DNA of 52,917 bases, from NCBI GenBank assembly GCA_004431415.1, contig QPMI01000086.1, positions 1 through 52,917 on the forward strand, written 5' to 3'. This stretch comes from Cyanophora paradoxa CCMP329. Lineage: Eukaryota > Plantae > Glaucophyta. The position numbers and the translations under genes were made by a program. Positions 31,822 to 43,800 of this stretch are shown piece by piece (within the stretch, counting starts at the first letter, position 1; each line of letters starts with the position of its first letter). The notes beneath the pieces are model-generated. The model did not search any database. It saw only the letters and a list, made by a program, of their open reading frames with translations, and was not told the origin of the DNA.

Positions 31822-34777
31822 CGATCGGCGCCCTCCCGCACCTCCGCAAGCTCGTCGCGGACGGAAACCCGATCTCCAAGGCCGACCTGCCCCCCGCCGC
31901 CCGCCGCACCACACTGGTGGCGGCGCATCCCCTTAATGATCAGCTCATCAAAACGCGCGCCGTCGTCAGCCGGCGCCGCCGGAGCTGGGGCGGCTGACGC
32001 GGCTGCGGATCGGACGCTCCTGCTGCGCGAGAACAAGTTTTTCATGATCAGCCTGCCCCGCGAGGTGGGTGCCCTGGTCACCCTGCGCGAGCTCCGCGTC
32101 TCGGGGAACGGCCTGCGGGCCCTGCCCCCCGAGCTCGGCCGGCTGCCCCAGCTGGAGCTCGAGGACCTGCACCTGTACCCCAACGGGCTCCTGCGGCTGC
32201 CCCCCGACTGCCGCGAGGGCGACCCGCCCGAGGCCCTCCTCGACTGCCTCCGCCCCCTCGCCGCCTCGCCCCATGCGCCGCGCCTCCGCCCCCGCCCCCG
32301 CCCTCGCCCGCCCCTCACCGCTCGCCGGCAGAGTCCTCCTCCGGCCCCTTCGGCTCCCGCCTCCTCGTGCGCGCCCCTTCCCTTCCCTCCCGGCGCGCTG
32401 GCCCCCACCCACGGCGAGCCGCCGACGTGGCGCCGGCGCAGGCAGCGCGGGCTGGGGCCGCTGGAGCTCGCCCCGAGGGGCTACCTGAACCTCGAGTGCC
32501 GCGGCCTGATCGAGTGGCCGGCGGCGCTGATCGAGGCGGCGGGGCCGGCCCGCCTCCGCCGCCTCGACCTCGACCGCAACAGCATCGCCGAGATCCCGCC
32601 GAGCGGCGAGCGCAGGCGGGGCGCTGGCACGCCTCGCGGGCCTGCAGAATTCGAAGCTGCACCTCGGGGGCAACCACCTGCGCCTCCGCTCCCTCCGCAA
32701 CCTCACCGTCGACGTCCACGGCAATCTCATCCAGGCGCGCGCACCCCCGTATTCCCCCCCCCCTTCCCTCCCCCCCCTCCCCCTCCCTCCCCCGACCCCC
32801 CGCCCTCGCAGGCGCTGCCGCTCGGGCTGGCGCAGCTGCCGCGGCTGGTGTTCCTGGCGGCGCTGCCGAACCCGGTGCAGGAGCTGCCGGCGGCAGCGCT
32901 CGCGATCGCCATGGCCAGCGACGAGGCGCTCCTCCGCCACCTCCCGCAGCGTGCGCCACGCCGCCCCGCCGCTCCGCCGCCCCGCCTTTCCCTCCTTGAA
33001 AATATTTACGCCTGCGGCAGTGTCCGACGAGCCGAGCGACGAGGCCGCCGCGCCCGCCGGCGGTCCGCCGCGCGAGGCCGGCACCGGCGGCGCGGAAAAG
33101 GAGCGGTCGCTCTCCGCCGCCCGCCCCGCCACCGACGCCCTCGCCGCGCGGGAGGCGGGCGGGGCGGAGGGGACGCCCGCAGGCGCCCCCAGCCCCGTCA
33201 CCGTGCGAGGTGGTGCCGCCGCTGGATCCCGAGCCGGCAGAGGCGGCAGGAAAGGCCCGCCGGAGACGCCGAGAGCAGCGGCCGAGGCGGCCCTAGCGGC
33301 GCTGCCGCTAACGCCGCCGGAATTCAAAACGGCGCGGATGCCGCCGGCCCCGCCGCTGACACCGACTCCGGGGGCGGGGCCAGCCCGCCCCGCCGGCCTC
33401 GCCGCCATGTCCGTCGACGACGTCGCCGTGTGGCTCCAGTGCGCGCCGGCCGCCTCTCCCGCCCCGCCCGGCCGTGCCGACGGGGCCGGGGCTGCAGGCG
33501 GGCGGGCTTCGGGGCGCTGGAGGGGGCCTTCCGCGCGAACTTCGTCTCTGGGTGGGCCCTCCTGCGCCTCGAGGAGGCCGACCTCGAGCAGCTCGGCCTC
33601 GCCGCGCCCCTCGCCCACAAGAACTTCCGCCTCGAGGCCCGCCCCCGCACCCTCCGCTGAGATTGACCTTGAGCTTACTGCGCCGGCTTGCCCAGCTGGA
33701 CGCCCTCGAGGCGCAGGCGGAGGAGGCGGAGGCGGCGCCGCGGCCGGCGCACGTGCACGTGCACGTGCCCCCGGGCCTGGGGCCCCTCTCTACGACGCTT
33801 TCATCTTTGCGCTAGCGCTACTGGAAATCCACCCCGCCCCGCCCCCGTTCTGCGAGCTGACAGGCGCGCATGCGCAGCTACGCGCAAAAAGCGTGCAGCT
33901 ACCGACCGACCGGCGGTACGTATACGTCGAGCGGCGCGAGGCCGCCGGCCTTTCCCTGTGGTGCCGGCGCCGCCCCCGCCCCGCCCCGCCCCGCCCCGCC
34001 GCGGCCCGAGCGGGCGGGCGCCGCGCGCGGCAGGGTGGACCGGAGCTCAAGGCCGGCCAGCAGCGGCTGGAGGGCATCGCGGTGCGCCCCGCTCCTCCCA
34101 GCCCGCGGCCCGGCCCCTCGAACCGCCCTCGGCGTCGACGCGGGAGACGCCGGCGCAGGAGGCGGACGGCGTCTCAGCAGACGTACGTCTGCTTCCTCTC
34201 GGCCAGCTACCTGGCCAGCAAGAACTGCGACGACGAGATGCAGGCGCGCTGAGGGCCAGTCGGCCCGGCCCCGCGGCTCCGACCGCGATCGCGGCCCGGC
34301 CCGGCCTGACCGAAGTCGGCGTCGCGCTGCGCAGTACGCGCACCTCAAGCTGCGCATCCCGAAGGTATCCGTCTGGCTCTGCGACCCCGCCTCCCCGGGC
34401 TCAAGATGAAGAGGGCGCGCCGCCGTCTCCCCCCCCCCCCCCCCCCCCCCCCTCCTCTTCCCCCCGTTTTCGAGGGCGGACCTCTGAGTAAATGGCGGGG
34501 GCAGGACTACGAAGTGATGCTGGCGGGGCTGACGCACACGGCGCAGCTGGGCCCCGAGGCGCCCCACGTCGACGCTGCCTGCCGCGCCCTCGCCGACGGC
34601 CTCCGTCCGCCCGCCCGCCCCACCCCGGCCCGCCCTCCGGGCCTCCGCCTCAGGGCTTGCGGTCGCTTGCGGACCAAACGCTTGCCGGCGCTCGCGCACA
34701 GGGCGTTCGGGCTCCCGGGACCCCGCGCCGCCCCGCACGGTGGCCGTGGGCCGCACCACGGACCGGCGACGCCTTGA
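31822..34777 (+). CDS. LRR-SAM-TIR protein, copy B (multi-exon; some frame disruptions)
   Basis: LRRs include LRELRVSGNGLRALPPELGRL and LRRLDLDRNSIAEIPP. SAM is MSVDDVAVWL/GFGALEGAFRANFVSGWALLRLEEADLEQLGL (33,407-33,636). TIR is LYDAFI...LSLW...YVCFLSASYLASKNCDDEMQ/YAHLKLRIPKVSVWL (33,788-34,400). Confidence 0.75.
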
Positions 34778-35050
34778 AAGTTGAAACGACTTGGCGAGGC
34801 GATGGATTCGCTGACCACGCCCAATACTAATAATTGGATAATAAACGCTGCACAGTGGGGCGGCCTGCGCCGCTGCGCAGATCTTATATATAAATGCATA
34901 TGCCGGGCGCGGGCCCGCGACCGCAATTCCGAATTTCGAAATCGATCGGGATTAACATTCCGGATTTCCGACTATATCACCTATTCCGGATTTCCGGATT
35001 TCCGGATTTCCGACTATATACTAATATATAATCATATACTATAGCTAATA

Positions 35051-35289
35051 CTGTAAACGTAGAAATGTTCGTCGAGACTAAATTTCGACAAAACCCGAAA
35101 ATCGTGACGAAAATATGGTTCGACAGCATCAAATTTTCGTCAGCCCCGCGACTCCGCCATAGAAGGGTCAGCCGTTAGTACCCCTGTCCATACAAAATTT
35201 CAGTTCAAGAGTATCAAATATTCGTCAAAGTGCAGGGCTGACGAATATAGACGAAATAAAGACGCTGTCGAAGATTCCTACGTTTACAG
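35051..35289. mobile_element. TA-flanked MITE
   Basis: TA|CTGTAAACGTAG...CTACGTTTACAG|TA with internal gacgaaa repeats. Confidence 0.8.
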
Positions 35290-35623
35290 TATACTGTAAC
35301 TACTAGTAGTCTGTAAGGCGAGAATGTTAGACCGTATATATGCCCTGCAGTGCCGCGGCCCGCGGCCCCGCGGGTCGAATTCGCTTGCCAACGTTAACGT
35401 TAACAATGCCAAGTTGAATATTACTGGTGTTAACGTTAAACATGAATCGGATGGAGGCCCATCAGTGGGCCATCACGGCATTTTGAGGGCTAGATCTAGT
35501 CTCATCTACTAGTACTCCGTACTAGACTCAACTAGAGTCTCAGTAGTACTGGTAGATCTGGAGTTCGCCGGCCTATACCGCCATAATACCGGGTAGCTAG
35601 GCCTAGGCCTCCGAGGCTCCGAG

Positions 35624-36092
35624 TAGGGCACTGGCCAGCGGCCCGGCCGAACAGCTGGCTGGCTGGTTTTGGACTTTTAGGCTGGCCCAGCCGGCCTAGC
35701 CGCCCGATTTGTTGACCAGCCGGGCCAGCCTTTTTCGGCTTTATCGGGCGACCAGCCGGTCGGCGACACTGGCTGGGGGGTCGGCTCCAGGCTAGGAGTG
35801 GGGCTTGAGGGGTGGCTTGATAAGATCAATAGCTAATATTCTTAACTGTGCATAATAAAACAGTTACAAAAGCGTTCCCAAGACACCGATTTCATTTAAG
35901 AACGTGGGCTCTGCGGCTGGTCGTCTGGCCAGCTGGCCTAGCCGAGTCTTCGGCTCCTAGCTGGAGGCTGGTTGCCAGCTGGCCGGCCAAGTTTTCGCTG
36001 GAAGCTGGCGGCCAGCCCCGGGCCGCTGGCAAGGCTTCGTCGACTTGGGCTGGCCCGCTGGCCAGAGGGAGACCTGGCTGGCCAGTGCCCTA
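35624..36092. mobile_element. hAT-type MITE
   Basis: TIR TAGGGCACTGGCCAGC...GCTGGCCAGTGCCCTA with a perfect 8-bp TSD GCTCCGAG (35616-35623, 36093-36100). Confidence 0.9.
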
Positions 36093-36170
36093 GCTCCGAG
36101 GCTCCTGGCAGGCTCGGATGAGGCTCCTGCGAGGTCAACGTCCGGCGCAAAGACAGTCGAATTTCAATTA

Positions 36171-36418
36171 CTGTAGGATTGCTTTTTTTAGCCGATGTTT
36201 TATATTGCCGCATATACTTTTTTTTGGCGCATATACCGCCGAGAGGCCAAATTCGGCAATTTTAAAGCCACGGCAATTCTCAGGGCGTAGGGCTAAACGG
36301 CCGCTTTTGTATGGCGCCATAGAAGAAATCCAGAGTTTCGGCAATTTATCGCCACGGCAATTTCGGTTTTGGTCGAATTCGGCAATTTAACTACGCGGCA
36401 ATTTAAGCATTCCTGCAG
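36171..36418. mobile_element. TA-flanked MITE
   Basis: TA|CTGTAGGATTGCT...AGCATTCCTGCAG|TA (imperfect TIR) with internal cggcaattt repeats. Confidence 0.65.
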
Positions 36419-37324
36419 TATCATAGTATGATCATGAAGAGCGCTCGAACGGTTGGCTTCTGAGACACATATTCGCGCACACGATTGGCGCGCCTTTATT
36501 TGAGCTATTACGAGGCTCAAGCTCCTAGGCCCTTTCTTTTTGTTGTTTTTGCGTTTTTCAACTCAAGCTCCGAGCCTCCGACACCCACGACTCTGGGCCA
36601 CGAGCTCCGAGCCTCCGGAGTCCGACCGCCCTCCGAGGCTCAGGGCCTCCGGAATCCGGATCCGGATCCGAGATGTCGACGAGCCTCCGCCGGCGCCGGC
36701 CCTGATCCGGCGAGTCTCTGCAGACTGCAGCCGGGCCGGCGCCGCGCCGCGGCCGAGACTCCGCCGCCGCGGCGCCGCGGCCGCCGCCGGCGACTCGAGC
36801 TCGCGATCGCGCGCCGAGTCGAACTTCCGAAGTTCGGAAGCTCGGCGCCGAGTCGGCGGCGACTCGCCGCCGATTTCGATCGCGACTTTAATTTCTGGAG
36901 AGTCCGGAATCCGGACGCGTACGGCGTCGCCGAATCGACCCGGCTCGCGCCCGCGCCGCGGCCGCCCGGCCGCAAGCTTAAGCTTGCAATTGCCGGAGTC
37001 GCCGCCGAGTCGGCGCCGACTCGCCGGAGTGCAGCAGCTGGATATGTACATGTATGCAGCCTGCGCACGGCGCAGCTGCATGCAGCATCCAGCCTGCAGT
37101 GCGACGTCGCCGGGCGCGCGGCCGCCAGCTGCAGATATCGATGTATAGCTATAGCTAGATCTAGAGGAGCCTGGCAGCGCTAGCGTGCGCGTGGCGCTCT
37201 AAGCAAGTCGGTGCGCCGCGATCCGATCGCGCGCGGCTTTCTGCGACGTTCCGACGGTCGGACCTGCGCGCAAATTGAATTCGAAGACGCCGCCTGATTC
37301 CCGCGGGGGCGTGCGCAGGGCGGC

Positions 37325-38272
37325 ATGGAGTTCGTCAAGAAGAAACTGAATTTCGTGCAGAAGATACGGGAGGGGTTTTCGCGGGGCGCCGGCGGCCCCG
37401 GCAAGGCAGCGGCGCCCCCCTCCGAGCCGGAGCCCACAAACGGCTGCAGCGGCCGTCGAAGCAGCGGGCGCGGGGAATCCGGACGCTACCGCGGCTGGAT
37501 GGGCGGGACGAGCTCGAGGATGGGGCGGGCCAGGGGCGGGGCCCGCGGCCGCTGGTTGTCGCCCTGGACGTCGACGTCGACGGCGATTCGCAGCCGAGCG
37601 CCGCCTCCGCCTCCTCTGAGGAGGAGGGTGCCCCCGAACTGCCCGAGCTCCGCCCCCCCTCCCGCAGCTCCGACTCCTCCTGCCGCGCCCCCTCGCCCCC
37701 GCCCCCTGACCGCCGCCTCTCTGTCTCGGCGGGGCCGCCCTTCGGACTTGGGCGGCGGCGGCGGCGGCCCTCGCTGCCGGCGGACGGAGAGGACACGGAA
37801 TTCGAGTTCGAAGAGGCGGGGGGCGGCGCGTGCTTCGCCGGCCTCGGCCTCCCGCGCCTCGCCTCCCGCGCCGTCGCGATCGTGCGCCCCGCCCCCCCCT
37901 CCCCTCGCCCCCCCCTTCCCCCCCCCCCCCCTCCCCGGCCCTGGCCCCAAGCTCGACCTCGTTTATCGACCTCCCCCGCTATATAATATAAGGTCGACTC
38001 ATATATTATAAACGAGGCGCCGGCCCCCGGCCCTAATTATAGCTCGACCTCTTTAGCATTGCGGCGCCCGCCCCAGTTCCGCCGGCCGCACAGCTGGACG
38101 CTCACGGTACCCCCCGCCCCTCCGCAGATCTGGAGGGCTGCGCTCGCCGGGAGCGGGGGCCGGTGGGCGGGCGATCCTCGCGGGGCGGCCGCGAGGAGCG
38201 CACGGCGGGTCGCGGCTGCGCCGGCCCTCGACTACGAGCGCTACGAGGCCTTCCACTTCGGTGCGGGGCCCC

Positions 38273-38303
<31 letters not shown>

Positions 38304-39042
38304 TCCTCCCCTCGGTCCCGCCCCGGCCCCCGCCCCGGCCCCTGCCCCTCGCTCACGCCCCGGCGCCGTCCGCAGCCCTGCACCGGGCGCTCACGCCGCT
38401 GTCGCGGGCCCCCGCGTGGCGGATGGCGGATGCCCGGGCGCTGGCGGCGGGGAACTGGCTCTCGGACGCGGGCGGGAGCGGCACGGGATGACGCGCGCGG
38501 CGTTCGAGGGGGACTCGTGGTCGTCGCCCGGGCCGTGGCGGAGGAGATGGGCCGGCGCGGCCTCGCCCCGCCCTGCGCCTCATCGCCGCCGAGCACGGCC
38601 TCCCCGCCTGCCCGCCTCCCTCGCCCTCCTCGCCTCGCCGCCCGCATCACCACCGCCGGCCCCCGCGGCCTCGGCGGCCTCTTCCGTGGCCCGTGCTAGC
38701 GCCACGTGTAAAGGGCCTCGCGATCGCCAGTGGGCCCCGCGCCGGTCCCGCGACCGATCGCGAGCCCGCGTGGCGCTGCGGCCCTGGCACGAGGTCGAGT
38801 TCAACGCCTGCTCGCTGGCCGCCATCGCTGAGCTCCTCGGGCCCCGCCCCGCTCCGCGCGCCCCGCCACGCTCCCCGCCTCGCGATCGATCGCGACGTCG
38901 ACCGGCCGCGGGAGGGGACGTCGGCGTCGACGCGGGAGCCGCTGGCCGCGTCCGTGGATGCGGACAGCCCCGGGGCGCGGCGCTGCAGAAGCGCGCCCTC
39001 CAGAACCGCCTCTCCGCCCTCTTTGAGGGGCGCCGCCCCTGA
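37325..39042 (+). CDS. Putative intron-containing host gene of unknown function
   Basis: Protein-like segments MEFVKKKLNFVQKIREGF, LDYERYEAFHFG, VALRPWHEVEFNACSLAAIAELLG and LQKRALQNRLSALFEG; exon structure unresolved. Confidence 0.35.
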
Positions 39043-39736
39043 CGCCGTGACGGCCGGCCCTTGGCCGTCGCCCGGATTCCCCTTCGAATCACTTTCGCAT
39101 TCCGGGATCCTTTTAATTGTAAATAATATTTAGTGCGAGATTGCTCGACTCGCCTTCTAGTGCTGCCTTCAGCTTGGCTTTGTATTTGTACATTTGCAAT
39201 TGATATCGGTTCCTTATAGTCATACTGTATCGATATCCGCAGTTTCTATGGACATGATCATGAGCGTTGCGATCGCTGTAAAACCTCAAATTTGAGTTCT
39301 ACCTCCCATGATCATGAGTGTCGTCACTTGTACTACTACTTGCAAATGCAATATTTATGTAATTGCAGATCCCGCTTGCCAAGTGGAATCCTCCCTCTCA
39401 TGAATGTCGTCGACGTCTTTTACAAATGCGATATACTTAGTTATAAATAATTACTGAAGACGCAAGCGACACTTCGAAAAAAAAGGTTGACGTCGGACAG
39501 TGCACGTGTAACATGTGGAAACACAAGCTGTCAAGCGCACCGCGCCGCGCCGGCCCTGGCGGAGGTCAACGGGCGGACGCGGAATTCGAGTTCGAGGAGC
39601 TCGAGGCGGGGGGCGGCCCGGCGGCGCGTGGTTGGCCGGCCTCGGCCTCCCGCGCCTCGCGCCCGCCACCTGTTTCACGCAAACGGACAACCGACACGCG
39701 TGAAATCTCTCTCCCTCCCGCCTCCTAAGGCAAATA

Positions 39737-40685
39737 CTAGTGGCCCGGCCGCGATTTTCGCGCCGGGGGGGCAAGGGGGGAACCGGGATCTAATGAAAGA
39801 GTCCTAGTGGCGCGCACATGCGCGCGGCAGAACGACCCCGGCCCAGTGCCGAGCGCAACAAGAGCGCCCGGCCCGGCCGGCGTGCTCGGCTGCGGGCAGC
39901 GGCGCACGCGGTTCTGCGGTATAAGCTCGATATCGGCAGCGTGCTGAGCGCAGCAAGAGAGCACGGTCTGGACGGCCGGCGTGCTCGGCTGCGATCAGCG
40001 GCGCAGCTAGGCAGCGGCGCAAGCTTGATGCAGTGAAAAGTAGTCCAGGCGGCACGCGTACGGGTACCGTGCGGCGTACGCGGCGCACTGCGAGGAAGCG
40101 GAAATCTAGAGGAGACAGCTATGGAGTAGTGGTTCCATGCAGAACCGCGCAACGAATTCGAAGAGCTAGTAATATAAACTAGTATTACAGTTACCACTTC
40201 TCCCTAGCTGTCTCCTCTAGATCTAGATTTCGGCTTCGTCGCAGTGCGCCGCGTACGTACGCCTTGCTCTTCGTTGCGCGGTTCTGCATGGAACCACTAC
40301 TCCATAGCTGTCTCCTCTAGATTTCCCGGAGTCCGCTTCCTCGCACTGCGCCGCGTACGCCGCACGGTACCCGTGCAGTCTGGACTACTTTTCACTGCAT
40401 CAAGCTTGCGCCGCTGCCTAGCTGCGCCGCTGATCGCAGCCGAGCACGCCCGGCCGTCCAGACCGTGCTCTCTTGCTGCGCTCAGCACGCTGCCGATATC
40501 GAGCTTATACCGCAGAACCGCGTGCGCCGCTGCCCGCAGCCGAGCACGCGTGACCGAGCCGAGGGGTCGCGCGAAGCGCGCGACCCGAGGGGAGGACTCT
40601 GCGCATGTGCGTGCCACTAGGACTCTTTCATTAGATCCGGTTCCCCCCTTGCACCCCGGCGCGAAAATCGCGGCCGGGCCACTAG
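39737..40685. mobile_element. Foldback-type non-autonomous DNA transposon (~950 bp, ~400-bp inverted arms)
   Basis: TA|CTAGTGGCCCGGCCGCGATTTTCGCGCC...GGCGCGAAAATCGCGGCCGGGCCACTAG|TA. The arms ~39,737-40,160 and ~40,265-40,685 are largely reverse-complementary. Confidence 0.9.
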
Positions 40686-40859
40686 TATCATTCGAAATTC
40701 CCACAAGTGATTCTTCATATATCATGTCCGCATCGATGTAACTGGTGGGCTACGAAGCGACATAGATCCAGTCGACTTCAAATTCGGAACAACATTATGG
40801 TGCACGATACTCCTGTTGACATCAGAATGGCGACTGCATCTAATATAAGAAGTTACACG

Positions 40860-43800
40860 GAAACGTCGATCCAGCCTATTTCTGTATTTAGCTACACGGC
40901 AACTGCAGATACAACTGCCGTGAACCCCAGAGCGTTCTGAATATTATCTGCTTTGAGAATGAGAGGTAGTAGTATAACCGTAAGAGCCGCTCGTAGTATT
41001 AGATCTAGAGGTAAAAAGTTCCGTACCGCTCGTGAACCGCACGTAGGCGTAGCGGCCAGTCGTTTGATATGAAAACGGCGTCGAAAGAGTCCCATGCCGC
41101 TCCGCAAGCATGGTGGCGCTCGTAGAAGTGCCGTCGTAAATCTGCGTTATTCACGCCGTCAACGCGCGCGCCACAAGTGCGCTATCGAACCGCGAGAAGC
41201 CCATACCCTCACGTAGTCATAGCCCTGCTCCCTGTGACCGCGGAGAGACAAGGCGCAGTAAATTGAATGATGATCAGCGCGACTCAAAAACATTTTAGTA
41301 CTTATGACTCACGTGTCGAAAAATGTGAACTGAATATTAACTCTGAAGCCGCTCGGTGCCGTGATCAACCTACCATGCCACAATCGCGAAGACAGTGAGC
41401 GACATCGATCATATGCATATCAGAACGTCTCACGGCATGCGCAGGCATTCGCATTTGCTACAGACCGCCCTCGATCCCTACAGATTTTATACAAAAGGAT
41501 GTATTCGAAGGACCCGCACCACTTTCGGTCAGTGTCAATCTCGTATGGCGTATCCGGGATGCCATCTTCGAATGCCGTGGCATTCGCCGTCGCGTTGAGC
41601 AGGCACGGGTCGTAGTTAGATCCGGGGCATGCTGGATCTATAACTGGAGACATGGAAGAATTAAGAATGTGCGCATGCATGCATAGCACAGAATATGGAG
41701 GTCTTGCAGAATGTGCACCGGCGCCTGCAGCTGGTCCGGATGCGCCGGGTGTCGGAGTAGGGGTGGGAAGTGGCGTCGGAACCGCATCGCAAGGCACGAC
41801 ATAGGTGGAATTGTAGCGGCGGTCGGAGCACATGTCGTTGCAACTGTAGTCCATGCAGGGAGCATATGGAAATAGGCAGTCCTTGCGAGCTTGGCCGAGG
41901 TTGCACTCACAGTAGCCTGCTCGCAGTCATCGGTAGCTTGCAACGATGCAGCTTGCGGTAGAAGGAGGCTGCGAAGAAAAATCAAAGTTTCCGCACCGGA
42001 TGCGTAAACATTTATGATTGCCGACCCAGCTTTGTCATTGTACGCTTCCCGCGTTCCACTCCACACGCAGCCTCCCGTCTGAGTTGTTCGCCTTAGACAA
42101 TCGCAAGGCTTTTGGAAGCCAAAAGCACCTGCTTCCAGCACAAGGCTTCGCTTGGCTTGCACCCGCCGAGACCTGCCACGCGCACGCGCTGTGTGACACT
42201 TCGAATTCTGCGGACTTTGCGTACAGATTTACGGACCAATGATAGCGGCGGATCCGGATGTAGCTGCTGGCACTGATTTGATTGTTGCGTTGAACCCCTC
42301 CCGATGATATCGCCGTCTGCACTCCCATCGGATTGCGAATGGTGGAAGCTAATAATTCAGTGAGGAAGCCACAGACTGCTCGTGAAACAACGAAGGCGTA
42401 TCGATCCGCTGTCTCGTATGAGAACGGCGTCGACGGGGAACCGCTCAGCTCCACAAGTTTTGCCGCGCTCACTGACTGGCCGTCGAAAATCTGTCGACCA
42501 TGAACATGAATTGAGTTTTCGTCGAATTCGAGAGTGTTCATTCGCATCTTATAATTATACATATCGCACCTGCACGAAGTCGGCGCCGCTTTCACTGCAC
42601 CCATTAGTCAGTACAACGATTAAAGTTAACGTTCGTATGACCTTTTGATCAGCTGAAGCTCGCGCACGTGTTAAATCGGGTGAACTGGATGACAATTTTC
42701 GAGCCGGCGGCGGCCGTTATTCTCCTGATTTCCGTGCGCATCACTATGTGCTCGAATTTCTGCTTTCATATTATAAATGCGACTACAGACTCACCATTTT
42801 TGTTTGCATTGTTAAAATAATGCCGGCCGGTAGGACCCTCCTCAAATGTTGTTGGATTCGCGGTTGCGGTGAGGTCGCACGGGTCGTAAGAATTGCATCG
42901 AGGATCGATAGCTAGGCTCAATGTTAGCGTCAGCTCCGTCTCGTGAGAGATTGGAAGGCAGAGTATATGCCTGCCGATGGAGAAATCGCCGAGATTTTAG
43001 CCGCAAATCCTTGTCTGACGACCGAGCCATCTATAACAGCATACGAATCAGCGCGATGCAAAACAAAATAGTGGCAGCGACGGCCCGACCTGTGACGAAA
43101 TGCACAAATGCGCTACTGGCTGATGTCTCAAAGGGTATTAAAGTGGCGATTGCAAGAGCTCCGTGCAAGAAAGCAAGCCGATTGCCCGTGCAACTTGACG
43201 TGCAAGTCGCGGTGCCATCGTACACCTGCGTATACGTAGCGCAGAGGATCCGATTTGAGACCGGAGACGAAGGCATTAATAAGCAGCACTTATATTATTA
43301 TTTCGCGCACGGAAACAAAGTCGTAGCCTGCTTCGGTATTGAATGTTGTGAACTGTACATGTTGACGGGAGTCAACTCCTGTGAATAATCTAAGGAATAC
43401 TCATCGCTTAGCCAGACCTCGATGCGAACGTTCATGCCGCTCGGGGCAGTGATGCGCCTGAAGTTGTGCACGAGAGTTCAACGAATGTGAGCGAGAATTA
43501 CACGATATCGATAACAAATACGTTGCCCACCATTTCCGATCGAGGCTGTTGCTGTAGTCTCCAGGGGGTCCTTCTTCAAACACCGTCACGGTTGTATTTA
43601 CGCTAATTTCGCATGGGTTCCAGACCACGCAGGCTCCGTTTACCACTGGCGTTGCGCAAGCGAATTTCAATCAGGCTTGGGCACGAGACTCTGCCTTTGC
43701 ATGTATGGAGCACTCACGTCCAGAGACCAGCGGGTAGGCGACGGACTCGGGGTTGGAGTGGGCGCGGCGTGCTTACAACGACTGCGAAAGGCAGGTTGTG

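Noticed and set aside
14880-39133. Many long overlapping Pro/Arg/Ala/Gly-rich ORFs in all six frames
   Set aside because: These are expected from stop-codon scarcity in very GC-rich and repetitive DNA. Only segments with recognisable domain motifs were kept.
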